Positions 24,704 through 38,040 of a stretch of DNA of 55,640 nucleotides are shown piece by piece. The stretch lies in contig NC_068981.1 in the NCBI RefSeq assembly GCF_001194135.2, forward strand, positions 26,275,926-26,331,565, given 5' to 3'. The notes beneath the pieces are model-generated. The model made no database searches. It was not told where the DNA came from and saw nothing but the letters and a program-made list of their open reading frames with translations. Numbering within the stretch: position 1 is the stretch's first letter; each line of letters begins with the position of its first letter. The stretch is from Octopus bimaculoides (lineage: Eukaryota). The translations under genes and the position numbers were made by a program.

Positions 24704-26030
24704 TTTTTTTTTTTTAGATCAAGGCTGTGTTTGATCCGATAATTGCACACTAAAACTCAATTTGGAAAGTATACAGTGCAACACCCGCCGATGTCCGTAA
24801 CACATAAGCACATTTTTCATAGCTTCAGAACAAAATAAAGACATACGCACCCACCTTCGCAAACACACTCACACACCCACATATATATATGTATACTCAT
24901 TTAATCTTTAACTTGTTTCAGTCTTTTGACATGTATGTATGGAGCACCACCTTTAGTCGAGCAAATCGACCCCAGGACTTATTCTTTGGAAACCTAGTAC
25001 TTATTCTATCGGTCTCTTTTGCCGAACCCCTGAGTTAGGGTCACGTAAACACACCAGCATCGGTTGTCAAGCATACACACAAACACATACACATATACAT
25101 ATATATACACATATACGACGGGCTTCTTTTCAGATATACATTAGCAAATATCGATAGATAGTTTTCGTCTCAATTATTCTAGTATTGTCATTGAATGATC
25201 GCAGACTCGTTCAAAACACGACCAGAAAATGTTAAATATGTTACGTTTGATGTAAACTCATTTAATATTAAATATTCAGAAAAATTCTATAATCCTCTCT
25301 TCAGAACAGAGTAAATGTAATAAATATAGCTATATAATAAAAATTGATGCTTCTAATACTCTCAGGGTTTATTTTGGACGGGGTAATTCATCTTGTGTTA
25401 CTCAAATGATGAACTATTATGTATAGTCTATCACCAACAATGCTTTAATTCAACCTCGGCATTATCTTGTTTAAGCTTAAATTGGTCAATTGCTTACATC
25501 ATATTGGGGATGCTCTATATCGAGATGTTTGAACCCATAGGAGAGCTCCGAAAAGGTGAGAAGTTGTTCAATGTGCTCAGTTGCCGTGAAGAGTGAAACA
25601 TCTTGTGTTCCGAGGTCTCTACCCGATATCTGAGAGTGAGAATTAGAGGAAAGAGAAAGGCACTAGAAGACAAAGAATATAATGTTATCACTGGGATTTG
25701 TAATGCTGGAGTGTGAGTGTGATGAGCCTCAGAGAAGAGTGGTGGCTCGAGAGTGTTGGAAATGTATGGTAGGATGTGAGTAAAGTGTGAAGAAGCTAGA
25801 ATTGGAGAATTTGACTTTGAAATATCAAATACACCTTTATATACGTTGATATTTCATAATCATGTGTGTATATGTTATTGCTGTAATCTTTTCAGCTTGG
25901 TTTTTTTTTTTTTGAGATCAAGGCTGTGTTTGATCCGATAATTGCACACTAAAACTCAATTTGGAAAGTTTACAGTGCAACACCCGCTGATGTCCATAAC
26001 ACATAAGCGCATTTTTCATAGCTTCAGAAC
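24704..26030 (-). repeat. Two ~127-bp copies of a poly(T)-led sequence (24704-24831 and 25901-26030)
   Basis: (t)n-agatcaaggctgtgtttgatccgataattgcacac...catagcttcagaac occurs twice with about 4 substitutions. On the minus strand it ends in poly(A). Confidence 0.85.
24900..25130 (-). mobile_element. SINE family B, 3' portion with internal (TA/TG)n
   Basis: ttgtttcagtc...gtcgagcaaatcgaccccaggacttattc...ggttgtcaagc...acgacgggcttcttt is the reverse complement of blocks in the 48965-50032 copy (aaagaagcccgtcgt, gcttgacaac). Confidence 0.7.
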
Positions 26031-29000
26031 TAGATAAACTGAATTATTGAGAGATTACTTTTTTCCCCAATGATACTCAACGAAATAAGTGATATGATAG
26101 GAACTAAGTCAACTTTGATTTGATGGCCAATAACCCTATCGACTCTTCCAACAGAACCTCTCACAAAGAATTATTAATAAAGTAAAGCTTAAAAAAGAAA
26201 AGTAACGGAAACATCATAGAATCAGTGGAAGGGAAAGAGACAGAGAGAGATAGAGAACTATAGAGACGTAAGTGTTGAACAGCCGAGAGATATGAAATGA
26301 AAAGAGATATGATTGTCATCGATTTTTACCCTGATGTTCAAAGAAATACTACTATATTCGTAAAGAAGAAATGATGAAATGTACATTCATATGTGTGTGT
26401 GCGCGTGCGCGTGCGTGCGTGTGAGTGCGCGCGCATGTGTATGTACACATATGTGTATGTATGTGTTTACCATACGGTAATCATTTTCTTGCATAGGTAT
26501 ATTGAAGATTAATTGTTTCATTTTTGTTTGCTTGCATAGACAGTGATCATATCCCCAACTAATTTCTATCTCAGTAAATAAATAAGTGTTCGATTAGACG
26601 AATTAAGATGCGATTTACTGGTTTTCGTGTGTCATGTTGCCATGTAAACTCTTCTAGCCTAATACCCTTTCCAGTACAATATTCTTGTGATATTTTCATT
26701 GACTCCATCATTTTTGTCTGTTATTTACAATCATGCATATTTCATTCTACGTATATGTTCCGGTTGAAGATATATACGTTCCGGCTAAATATATATTATA
26801 TTTAGGCGACAATACTTGGTGAAGAAGCTAACTACCATAGATAATATAGCCTAAAATATATAGAGGCATCTTTTCTTTGAATCTGAGATTCGGTATTCCC
26901 GTTTCTTTACTCTACATAGTCATTTGCCATAGTGTCAGCTAATTTCTATTTAATTGTACTCAGTGCGTAAATAATTCAGTTAGACGAATTACGATATGAG
27001 TATGAGAATTCGTGTGTGCTGTGTAGTTACCATACACACATGAGCACATAAACTTACTCATGCAGCCACACACACACTCAGATACGTATATTTTTTTCTA
27101 TGTGATTCTGTATTTGCTTAAATTTTTAAATTGATATATCCATATTACAGTATTAGCATGTAATTTGAAGTGTAGGAATTAAAAGTGTGCCGACTTTCTA
27201 TATGAATGGAATGGTGCAGTTCGATTTTCTTTGTGCTGTTAAAGGAAATACCATATTAAACTATTTCAAAGACTAGGTTTAATGTTTTAGTAAAGAATAT
27301 GCAGTAGAGCCAGCTATGTTGTATTTATTGTGAAAAATTACACATCGCCTGTTGGGAAAATCCCTGAAGAGTTTGTGGACGATAGCCAGCAAATAGTTAT
27401 ACTATTCGAAGGAGTGCCGACAGGGAATCGATTACTATTTGGGATTGATTATGTTTGAGAAGTTGGTCTGATCATGAACGTCTACCACAAAAATCATCAC
27501 TATCCCATCTTTATCTTTCTATAGAATTATATGGACAATGTCTTCTTTCTTTTATGAGGTGATTCGTGTGAGACGAGGTGCATGTAACTAAATTTTCTTA
27601 AGTTAGACAAACACATAGATGTGTATGTAACAACTGTGAAAACAGAAGGAAAACCTACAAACAGTGGAGATGAGTGGGGTCTATGATTTGACTCACATAT
27701 GTGACATAAAGCGATGTTTTTGATTTTGCCAGACTTTCTTGTAATAGATGCAATCATGTTATGTAAACTTATGTAGTTACGGATACTTTGTGATATCCAC
27801 TAAGTGTTGTAAGCAATTTCCTGTTCATCTACAGCTGCAGCATATCTGTTTATAAATCATTTGGGTGTTGATTGCTATGGAATTTCATTGTATGAAGGAT
27901 GTACAAGACGTAGTAGGAGAGTATGGATCATGCGTTGAGCTGTATGTGATCAGTTAGAATGATGAGCATATGGCTTTTTTTGTCGCTTAGTCAGGAAGGA
28001 ATAATAATATTCATAACTGTTTCGAAGGCCTCGGAGACTAGTGGAGGAGGGTGGACTCTTGAAATCGGAGAGCTTGCCAGAATGTTCGCAAAAGAATAGA
28101 ATCGGCTAAAGTTACCGACGGACCAGATGGTGATGGTAAACTGAGTGACAGACTAAGCATACTACCGTTTCGGGATTTGAACTCAAAAACAAATACCACA
28201 AGATATCATTTCAGATGCTCGAACATATCCACCAGTTTCTTCCCCCTACACAGATAATTTATTTATTACTTCAGGAAAAATAAAAACGAAGTTGACCTAG
28301 GCATAATTTGAACTCAGAACATAAGAAACGGGAAAAAAATTAAAAAAAACATCAACCCGAGAGGAATGATCGGCAGAGCGGAAACCGGAATGTTGTTAAG
28401 TATGGCTGTAAAAACTGATCTAAATACAAAATGCTTAAAGGTGTGTAATTCTTCAAAATGTCATAACTATCACATCACTGTCCTGATGTCTTACTACAAT
28501 AATTTGTTTTGCCATTGCATTTGACATAGAAATGACAAAACTCAACACTGATGTTGTCTACAACGATAACTATTAATGCAGTCAATCGAAATATCATCAA
28601 GAATAGTAACAAAGAGCTAGTGGTATTCCAACCAGTTATCAAACTTGAAGTATTACTTAAAATATTGATATCAGGATCCGAACTCGTTGTGGGATAGAAA
28701 ATGGTGATGTGTGTGTTTTTTTCATTCAACAGATGCCAGGTGATCGAATGAGTAACGCGCTGCACAAAAATTAGGTTTGAAAATGAAAATGTGATCAAAC
28801 CGGCTTAGCATTTCGATTAGGGAAAGAACTGACAATAACAATTTAGGAAAGCAAATCATTAAACCTTTATGTTAGTACTTACTGTGCCTGGGAAGGTGAA
28901 AGTCTGAGCAAAGTTGTTCTCCTTGAAGAAACAAAGGGTGTTGACTTCAAAGTGATATGAGTTGAGATAAATAACCTCAAAGCTAGACGAACAATGTTCA

Positions 29001-31240
29001 GACAATAGTAACAGATCAGAGAGCTACAGAAGCAACAAATAAACTTGGCGAAATGAAAAGAGACATTGAACCAGAGAAACTATAAGTTTTTTTAGCTGAT
29101 ATATAAGTCTTTAAAGCTGATATATGTCTTTTCAGATGAAATATAAAATGTAACAGGAAAAATAGGTTAGAGATAGAAGATGAAAGATATGTCTTTCAGA
29201 TAGAAATTACCTTTTGTTTTAGTTGATTGGCTGTTAGGAAAAGGTGAGAGGAGAGATCAAATTTGACTTGAAGTCAGAATTGATCATTATTGTTCTGAAA
29301 ATATTTCATTGATTTAGAGACAGTGAGTTGGGAAAACTATTTTGATACCTGTGAATAGTTCCTGTTGAAGTCAATGGCTTGGCGTATAACTACTGAAATT
29401 CTGAGCTTGCTGAAAACAACATTAAACATAAGGTAGAAGAAGGGGACACCTTATTATGGTTGTTTTAATATGTTCCTTATGAGTTGGGATCACTATGCTA
29501 TCTTGCAGCAGAGCCCTACTGGAATGATTTAGTGTCAGAATACTGTGACACAATAGGCATGATTCAGTGAAAGATAGAGTCGAACGTAAATCATCAAAAA
29601 GCTACGTTATGTTAAATCGAATGCCTTGTATAAAAGTTCGTTTAAAGAGCGATCAACTTTAATGGCCTGCTCACTCTAAAAAGCATCATGGTTTCAATCA
29701 TAGGCCATCCAAATTATAATAGTCTGTTATGTCTTAAAATTATCAAAGTATTAGATACGCTGTATTCACTGCAGCTGTAGNNNNNNNNNNNNNNNNNNNN
29801 NNNNNNNNNNNNNNNNNNNNNNNNNNNNNNNNNNNNNNNNNNNNNNNNNNNNNNNNNNNNNNNNNNNNNNNNNNNNNNNNNNNNNNNNNNNNNNNNNNNN
29901 NNNNNNNNNNNNNNNNNNNNNNNNNNNNNNNNNNNNNNNNNNNNNNNNNNNNNNNNNNNNNNNNNNNNNNNNNNNNNNNNNNNNNNNNNNNNNNNNNNNN
30001 NNNNNNNNNNNNNNNNNNNNNNNNNNNNNNNNNNNNNNNNNNNNNNNNNNNNNNNNNNNNNNNNNNNNNNNNNNNNNNNNNNNNNNNNNNNNNNNNNNNN
30101 NNNNNNNNNNNNNNNNNNNNNNNNNNNNNNNNNNNNNNNNNNNNNNNNNNNNNNNNNNNNNNNNNNNNNNNNNNNNNNNAGAGGGGGAGATAGGGAGAGG
30201 GGGAGAGAGGGAGAGGGGGAGAGAGGTAGAGGGAGAGAGAAAGAGTAATAGTGTGAGTGAGGAAGAAGGGGTGAGCGAGGAAGATAGACGAAGCGAGAAT
30301 TTGAGGTATAAAAGAGTAAGGCAATTTCAAGAAAGATTGTATCAACGAAGTTAGAAAATTAGTCGCTGACAAATATGTGGACGTGGAAAATAGAAATCAG
30401 CCAAACTTACAGATGCCCATCAACAACGACGAAATACACATCTCTGTCACTGGCACAAGGCCACGAATTTGTGGAGAAGGTATAGACAATTAAATCAACC
30501 AGAGTAACTGACTGGTATTTTGTTATATTGAATCCGAACCAAGAAAAGATGAAAGGTAACGGTTACTTCGGAGGAAACTGAATTCAGAATACAAGTATTT
30601 GTAACAAAAACCGCAAAGCATTCTGTCCGACAATCTTACGATTCCACATGTTCAATTATTTGAGAAATATTTTAAAACGAGAATAATGCAAATGCTATTA
30701 TAAAGTTTAATTTCAAATGAAAAAATATTGAAAAACTCTGATAAGTTTTAATAAAATATCTCAATGATAATTAAAGGAAAGACGAATTTAACCAAACATT
30801 TCTTGAGTTGCTGATAACAAAGATCGAAAAACAGGAATCGAATATATGTACTATGTGAAGAAAAGTATGCTTTATATAAGAGCAGTGATTGATAGTAGCA
30901 CACACAACACATAGGAAAATGGAAATTCTGAGCCAAAGCAGAATCTTATACAAGGTCGCAAGACTTTCTAAAAATAGCAGCTAGATATTCGTATTACTCT
31001 GTCTCCTACCTCAAACAGAGAGGATACAATGAATAATATGGCCTGAAAACAACATTTGATAGTCATGACCTTAGTTCTTTTTTCGTTGGCCACATACATC
31101 CATTAACCCAATCGCGTTCTAACCCTCAAATTATATCCTCATCGATACTTTGAAAACTTCTAATCTCTTAAAAAGCTATCTTAAGTCTCTAATTTAATGC
31201 TGACCGAGGGTAAAACCTCTTCCACTTCGTTACTAAAACC

Positions 31241-31278
31241 ACCGCCACCACCAACAACAACAACAGCAGCAATAGCAA

Positions 31279-31309
<31 letters not shown>

Positions 31310-31351
31310 AAGAACAACAACAACAACAACAACAACAAGAAGAAGAAGAAG

Positions 31352-31383
<32 letters not shown>

Positions 31384-31402
31384 CGAAAACAACAACAACA
31401 AC
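31241..31402. repeat. Compound trinucleotide microsatellite (CCA)(ACA)(AGA)(ACA)(AGA)(ACA)
   Basis: Directly visible alternating aga and aca tracts. Confidence 0.95.
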
Positions 31403-31494
31403 AGTAACAAAACAGCTAAGAAAAGCTAATTGGCAAGTTATACAAACGTCCAACCAAGCAGAAATCAGATAAGAATATAACAAATATAACAAAA

Positions 31495-31515
31495 TTGGCC
31501 TTTCGGAACTACCAG
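31495..31515 (+). CDS. Candidate first coding exon of the ASMT-like gene (tentative; TTG GCC TTT CGG AAC TAC CAG)
   Basis: Good phase-0 donor CAG|GTAGGT at 31515/31516. The peptide AFRNYQ|ILMYG parallels human ASMT GFMVSQ|VLFAA across the same intron. There is no in-frame ATG; TTG sits in an aaaaTTGg context. Confidence 0.3.
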
Positions 31516-32244
31516 GTAGGTGTAGCGAGTGTTTGTATAAGAAATCATATCCGCTTTTGATCTAAAAGAGCTAAGTTTTGTTGTTTGTCTGTAATAAGCA
31601 TGTTTCCTGGGAAGAAATAAGTCAAATCAGCCAATGTAACAGGACATAACTTGTAATCAGTCGCATTATCCCTGTGTTCTCTTGAATGCATCAGTCATGA
31701 TCTAAACCTTGCTTTTTATCATATTTGATAACAGAGTAGGGATTAAGAATCACCAATTTATATTCTCCTTTTGAACAAAAACTATTATCAAATATAACAT
31801 GAGATATGTTTCAATATTCCCCCTTCACTAATGCCCTTCTTGAAAGAGATGAATGTCGAGAAATGTACACTTTTTCCTTCGCTTTAAAACTGCCGTCTTC
31901 AGCTTAAGTGAGAAATCAATTGGATAATCATAACATAGTCGATAACAAAAGAAAAGAAGGGATTATGTAGGGTTCCTCCTATTTCATTAAATAATCGGGG
32001 TGAATTTTTGACAATCAAAATGTTAAAGAATATACACAAAAGAAAATAACGTTTTCATTTTTTTTTTATATATTTACTTAAGGCCTGAATGCATTTTGCA
32101 CATAACCAACAACATCTAAAAGAAAAAAGTGCTGCTATAAACGAATGCGTCGGAGCTTTTTTTCTATTGCAATTCGTTTTACGTGAATACGATATTCTTT
32201 TTGCGTATCTGATTTCATTTATACACATTCACACACAGACACAA

Positions 32245-32275
<31 letters not shown>

Positions 32276-34404
32276 CACACACGCACACCACCATCACCAT
32301 AGAACTCCTTTCGATGTTATTTCCCACACTTTGTGTGTGTGTATGCATATATGTATGTATGCATATATGTGTGTATGCATGCAAATGTGTAAATATGAGT
32401 ATATGTGTATGTACACGCATCCGTATATACAAATATGTTGGTGTATATACGCAGATTGGAAGTCTGCATTTGTATAGATTAACTTCTGATAGTAGTACGT
32501 GTGTGTATATACATATTATATATGTATGCGAGTGTATATATTATCAATCGTTAGTGTTACGAAGCTGAACTCTTAGCTGGGTCTTCAGATACATTTAGTA
32601 CCATAGTTCGTGGCTAGTTGACTTAATTCGACCTCAGTTTATTTTGTCTCCATCACCACCACAGGTACACAAAATACACACGCACAGTAAATGTAAATTA
32701 AAGAGGCGTTTTATAACATCTTATTTTAAAGTCTACGACTTGTATATTCTAGGAGATGTATGTCTAAGTGGTAAGGTGACCGAGGTCGCTATCATAAAGT
32801 CATGGGCTTGATACCGGGTCGGGGGTTGGGCCGCGTTGTATCCTTGGGCAAGCAACATTACTTTATGTTGCTTCATACCACTTGGGTGGCAAAACTGCGT
32901 ACAAAGACTGGCGAAGCTGCTGGTCAGTGCTACCTTGGTGCGACAGTTTTATTGAGCCAGTAGAAATTATTCGTACCTTTGCAGGCATTGAAAATACGAG
33001 AGGATACAACAGTCGACTTCTTCTCGGTGAACTCTCCCGTCGCTTCGACAAATGAGTTCGTTTGCTGAACAATCTGCACAATGAATATTACAATGAATAT
33101 GGTTTGTGCAGAGCTAGTCCCATTCACTTGTCCTTCAAACTTGTATTGATCTGGTCCAACTAGTGCCACAAACGCAGCACTTCTCAGTATGCAGAATTTG
33201 TATGAAGTTCCCTTTTCTTAGATGGGCAGCTAAAGACCTGAAGGACCTCATTTGTCTTGGATCTGTAGGAGTGTCTGCGAGTAACCTTCTTCCGGAGACA
33301 ATTCCTTGACGTGCCAATTAACCCACAGGTACTACTGGCAGGCAGTATTACAGGTTACAGTAGATCTGGGAACAAGAGTTATTAAGAAGTGGTTCTGAAC
33401 TTCTCCGAACCTCGGAACTCCCAAACCTCGCCTTCCTGCTTTTACTTTTAGCTTAGTTTCAAATATGCATATTCTAATGGTTAGGGTGACAGGCTTTCAA
33501 TTGTAATATCATGCATTCGAACCATGTGCTGACGGCACAATGTATCCTCGAGTAAGATACTTCCATGTAATTTTGCTCTAGTTCACTCGTCTAGACGCGA
33601 GTTTCAACAACCACCTCTGGGTTTAAGCTTATGAAGGACTGGTGCCCCGTCGAAGAAAAACTTTCAAGGCTACAAGTAACCATTACATGACACCCTGTTT
33701 CTGTTATAAACTATCATGAGTGTATAACTGGATATATCTAGAAATCATATTTCTCTGTTCCTTGCTCATTTATAAGATGGCAGGGTTGAATTTGAGGGTA
33801 ATTTAGTTGCTATTTCTCCAAGATTAGATTACCACATAGCAGCATCTGCATTATTTTATGTGCCCAATGTTTAGTGTAAGTGGTGCCGTTGATGGTACTA
33901 TTTTGAGAAATAGTAAGTGAATCTCTGATTAAAAGATTTTCAATCATCTCGTCCTTTTTCTACTTTTTTGACATAGTATATCTAGGACTGCATTATCCAA
34001 AATGACCTTTTTGTTTTCAAGATAATAGGATATGATTTGAAAGCGACTCTGGCTGCTATTTCAAGCAGGTCAAGTATTTATTTAATGGTTTCTTTGAAAC
34101 CTCGATTAGCTATAGAATAACGTAGTTCTGTCAAATTGACTCTACAACGCAGTTGAATTCTAGGCACGCACCTATGCATAAACGTATATGCACACATGCA
34201 CGTACAGTTATACGCACGCATGCAAGCGCGCGGGCACTAATACCTAATTATGCGCGCGTGCACACACGCAGTTGCATTTATGTTCAAACACACACTCATA
34301 CAGATATGAACAAACACACACGCTATTGCTCGCGCACGCAGTCAAGCTCGGACACACGTGAGCGCTTAGGCACAGTTTTAAACGTACACACACAATTCCG
34401 TGCT

Positions 34405-34452
<48 letters not shown>

Positions 34453-35079
34453 NNNNNNNNNNNNNNNNNNNNNNNNNNNNNNNNNNNNNNNNNNNNNNNN
34501 NNNNNNNNNNNNNNNNNNNNNNNNNNNNNNNNNNNNNNNNNNNNNNNNNNNNNNNNNNNNNNNNNNNNNNNNNNNNNNNNNNNNNNNNNNNNNNNNNNNN
34601 NNNNNNNNNNNNNNNNNNNNNNNNNNNNNNNNNNNNNNNNNNNNNNNNNNNNNNNNNNNNNNNNNNNNNNNNNNNNNNNNNNNNNNNNNNNNNNNNNNNN
34701 NNNNNNNNNNNNNNNNNNNNNNNNNNNNNNNNNNNNNNNNNNNNNNNNNNNNNNNNNNNNNNNNNNNNNNNNNNNNNNNNNNNNNNNNNNNNNNNNNNNN
34801 NNNNNNNNNNNNNNNNNNNNNNNNNNNNNNNNNNNNNNNNNNNNNNNNNNNNNNNNNNNNNNNNNNNNNNNNNNNNNNNNNNNNNNNNNNNNNNNNNNNN
34901 NNNNNNNNNNNNNNNNNNNNNNNNNNNNNNNNAGTTATCTTTATTTTCGGGAAAAATTCTGTTCTATTTCCTATCTTATTGCTTCTGCATTCCTTCACTT
35001 TTATTTATTTTGTTTTTTTTTCAACTTTATTTTGCGCCCTCCCACTCTTAACGACCCTGGCAACTGACTTTTTCTCTTT

Positions 35080-36470
35080 TTCTCTCTCTCTCTCACTCTT
35101 TTTCTCTTTTTCTTTCTCTCTCTCTCTCTTTCTCTCTTTTTATTTCTTTTTCTTTCTTTTTCTCTTTCTCTCTTTTTCTTTCTCTTTCTCTCTCTCGCTC
35201 TCTTTCTCTCTCTCTCTCGCTTTTTTCCTCGCTTTTTTTCTCTCTCGCTTTTTTTTCTTTCTCTCCATCGCTCTTTTTCTCTCATTTTCTCTCTCTCGCT
35301 CTCTTTCTCTCTTTCTCTCCATCTCTTTTTCTCTCTGTCGCTCTTTTTCTCTCTTTCTCTTTCTTTCCTTTTCTCTCTTTCTTTCTTTTTCTCTCTTTCT
35401 CTCTCTCTCTCACTTTTTCTCTCTTTTTCTCTTTCGCTCTTTTTCTCTCTCTCGCTCTTTTTCTCTCTTTCTCTCCGTCGCTCTTTTTCTCTCTTTCTCT
35501 CCGTCGCTCTTTTTCTCTCTTTCTCTCCGTCGCTCTTTTTCTCTCTTTCTCTCCGTCGCTCTTTTTCTCTCTTTCTCTCCGTCGNNNNNNNNNNNNNNNN
35601 NNNNNNNNNNNNNNNNNNNNNNNNNNNNNNNNNNNNNNNNNNNNNNNNNNNNNNNNNNNNNNNNNNNNNNNNNNNNNNNNNNNNNNNNNNNNNNNNNNNN
35701 NNNNNNNNNNNNNNNNNNNNNNNNNNNNNNNNNNNNNNNNNNNNNNNNNNNNNNNNNNNNNNNNNNNNNNNNNNNNNNNNNNNNNNNNNNNNNNNNNNNN
35801 NNNNNNNNNNNNNNNNNNNNNNNNNNNNNNNNNNNNNNNNNNNNNNNNNNNNNNNNNNNNNNNNNNNNNNNNNNNNNNNNNNNNNNNNNNNNNNNNNNNN
35901 NNNNNNNNNNNNNNNNNNNNNNNNNNNNNNNNNNNNNNNNNNNNNNNNNNNNNNNNNNNNNNNNNNNNNNNNNNNNNNNNNNNNNNNNNNNNNNNNNNNN
36001 NNNNNNNNNNNNNNNNNNNNNNNNNNNNNNNNNNNNNNNNNNNNNNNNNNNNNNNNNNNNNNNNNNNNNNNNNNNNNNNNNNNNNNNNNNNNNNNNNNNN
36101 NNNNNNNNNNNNNNNNNNNNNNNNNNNNNNNNNNNNNNNNNNNNNNNNNNNNNNNNNNNNNNNNNNNNNNNNNNNNNNNNNNNNNNNNNNNNNNNNNNNN
36201 NNNNNNNNNNNNNNNNNNNNNNNNNNNNCTCTCTCGCTCTTTCTCTCTTTCTCTCTCTCTCGCTCTTTCTCTCTTTCTCTCTCTCTCGCTCTTTCTCTCT
36301 CTCTCGCTCTTTCTCTCTTTCTCGCTCTCTCGCTCTTTCTCTCTTTCTCGCTCTCTCGCTCTTTCTCTCTTTCTCGCTCTCTCGCTCTTTCTCTCTTTCT
36401 CGCTCTCTCGCTCTCTCGCTCTTTCGCTCTTTCTCTCTTTCTCGCTCTCTCGCTCTCTCTCTCGCTCTCT
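35080..36470. repeat. CT-rich satellite including a 26-bp minisatellite (ctctttttctctctttctctccgtcg)n, spanning a gap
   Basis: ccgtcg recurs ending at 35480, 35506, 35532, 35558 and 35584 (period 26). Confidence 0.9.
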
Positions 36471-36716
36471 TTAAATTCTTCGATTTTATATGCCTGACAA
36501 TCGCATGTAAGAGCAAGTAGATATATAGTCCATGTTTAACTGACAAATTCAATTGACAAAAACATGATCATCCCCAAGTATAACAATAATAAAACAAAAC
36601 TTGCTCTGAAGTATTTCTTCCCGCTCTTTTCGTTACGAGTTCAAATCTGCCGGGATCAACTTTGTTTCTCATCACTTTGGTGTCTTGTTTTAATTCTTGC
36701 TTTCCATCTTTTACAG

Positions 36717-36885
36717 ATATTGATGTACGGCCTCGAAGTAGGATTATTCGACGAAATCGAATCAAACGGTGAACCATTAACAGCGGCTGGAATCGCTCGT
36801 AAATTTAACTACGATAAATCCACGACTGAGCGTTTTCTAAACACATTGGTCTCTTTAGACCTCCTCGACAAAGAAGTTCAAAAAG
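36717..36885 (+). CDS. ASMT: ASMT-like O-methyltransferase, first confidently identified exon (dimerisation domain); gene spans 36717-42892
   Basis: ttttacag|ATA...AAAG|gtaaaa, 169 nt. ILMYGLEVGLFDEIESNGEPLTAAGIARKFNYDKSTTERFLNTLVSLDLL resembles VLFAACELGVFDLL...TELLLDICVSLKLL of human ASMT. The symbol denotes family, not proven orthology. Confidence 0.9.
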
Positions 36886-36889
36886 GTAA

Positions 36890-38040
36890 AACTTCTCTCC
36901 TTCTCTCTCTCCTCTCTCTCCTATCTCTCTCTCTCCCTTCCCTATCTCTCTCTCTCCCTTCCCTATCTCTCTCTCTCCCTTCCCTATCTCTCTCTCTCCC
37001 TTCCCNNNNNNNNNNNNNNNNNNNNNNNNNNNNNNNNNNNNNNNNNNNNNNNNNNNNNNNNNNNNNNNNNNNNNNNNNNNNNNNNNNNNNNNNNNNNNNN
37101 NNNNNNNNNNNNNNNNNNNNNNNNNNNNNNNNNNNNNNNNNNNNNNNNNNNNNNNNNNNNNNNNNNNNNNNNNNNNNNNNNNNNNNNNNNNNNNNNNNNN
37201 NNNNNNNNNNNNNNNNNNNNNNNNNNNNNNNNNNNNNNNNNNNNNNNNNNNNNNNNNNNNNNNNNNNNNNNNNNNNNNNNNNNNNNNNNNNNNNNNNNNN
37301 NNNNNNNNNNNNNNNNNNNNNNNNNNNNNNNNNNNNNNNNNNNNNNNNNNNNNNNNNNNNNNNNNNNNNNNNNNNNNNNNNNNNNNNNNNNNNNNNNNNN
37401 NNNNNNNNNNNNNNNNNNNNNNNNNNNNNNNNNNNNNNNNNNNNNNNNNNNNNNNNNNNNNNNNNNNNNNNNNNNNNNNNNNNNNNNNNNNNNNNNNNNN
37501 NNNNNNNNNNNNNNNNNNNNNNNNNNNNNNNNNNNNNNNNNNNNNNNNNNNNNNNNNNNNNNNNNNNNNNNNNNNNNNNNNNNNNNNNNNNNNNNNNNNN
37601 NNNNNNNNNNNNNNNNNNNNNNNNNNNNNNNNNNNNNNNNNNNNNNNNNNNNNNNNNNNNNNNNNNNNNNNNNNNNNNNNNNNNNNNNNNNNNNNNNNNN
37701 NNNNNNNNNNNNNNNNNNNNNNNNNNNNNNNNNNNNNNNNNNNNNNNNNNNNNNNNNNNNNNNNNNNNNNNNNNNNNNNNNNNNNNNNNNNNNNNNNNNN
37801 NNNNNNNNNNNNNNNNNNNNNNNNNNNNNNNNNNNNNNNNNNNNNNNNNNNNNNNNNNNNNNNNNNNNNNNNNNNNNNNNNTCCCCCTTTCCCTATCTCT
37901 CTCTCTCCCCCTTTCCCTATCTCTCTCTCTCCCCCTTTCCCTATCTCTCTCTCTCCCCCTTTCCCTTTCTCTCTCTCTCCCCTTCTCTCTTTCTCTCTCT
38001 CTCCCCTTCTCTCTTTCTCTCTCTCTCTCCTTCTCTCTCG
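36890..38040. repeat. CT-rich 21-24 bp minisatellite (ccttccctatctctctctctc)n across a gap, starting just after the exon donor
   Basis: Units are visible at 36930-37005 (21 bp) and 37882-37990 (24 bp). Confidence 0.9.

Noticed and set aside
26540-27020. Weak similarity between ~26560-26640 and ~26935-27020 (ctaatttctat...ttagacgaatta)
   Set aside because: Short, highly diverged and AT-rich; at best an old local duplication with no further signal.
31197-31472. 91-aa ORF MLTEGK...RRRR/TTTT, or a spliced MLTE-G|AT route into the candidate first exon
   Set aside because: The ORF is trinucleotide-repeat translation. The acceptor needed (aaatcag at ~31468) has no polypyrimidine tract.
32880-33400. 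GC-richer segment with short minus-strand ORFs upstream of the gene
   Set aside because: No similarity to the ASMT N-terminus or any family I recognise, and stops occur in all frames. It follows a SINE head, so it is likely a TE remnant.
35455-35584. Regular 26-bp repeats as a CRISPR-like array
   Set aside because: The units are head-to-tail with no unique spacers, in low-complexity eukaryotic DNA, so this is a minisatellite.
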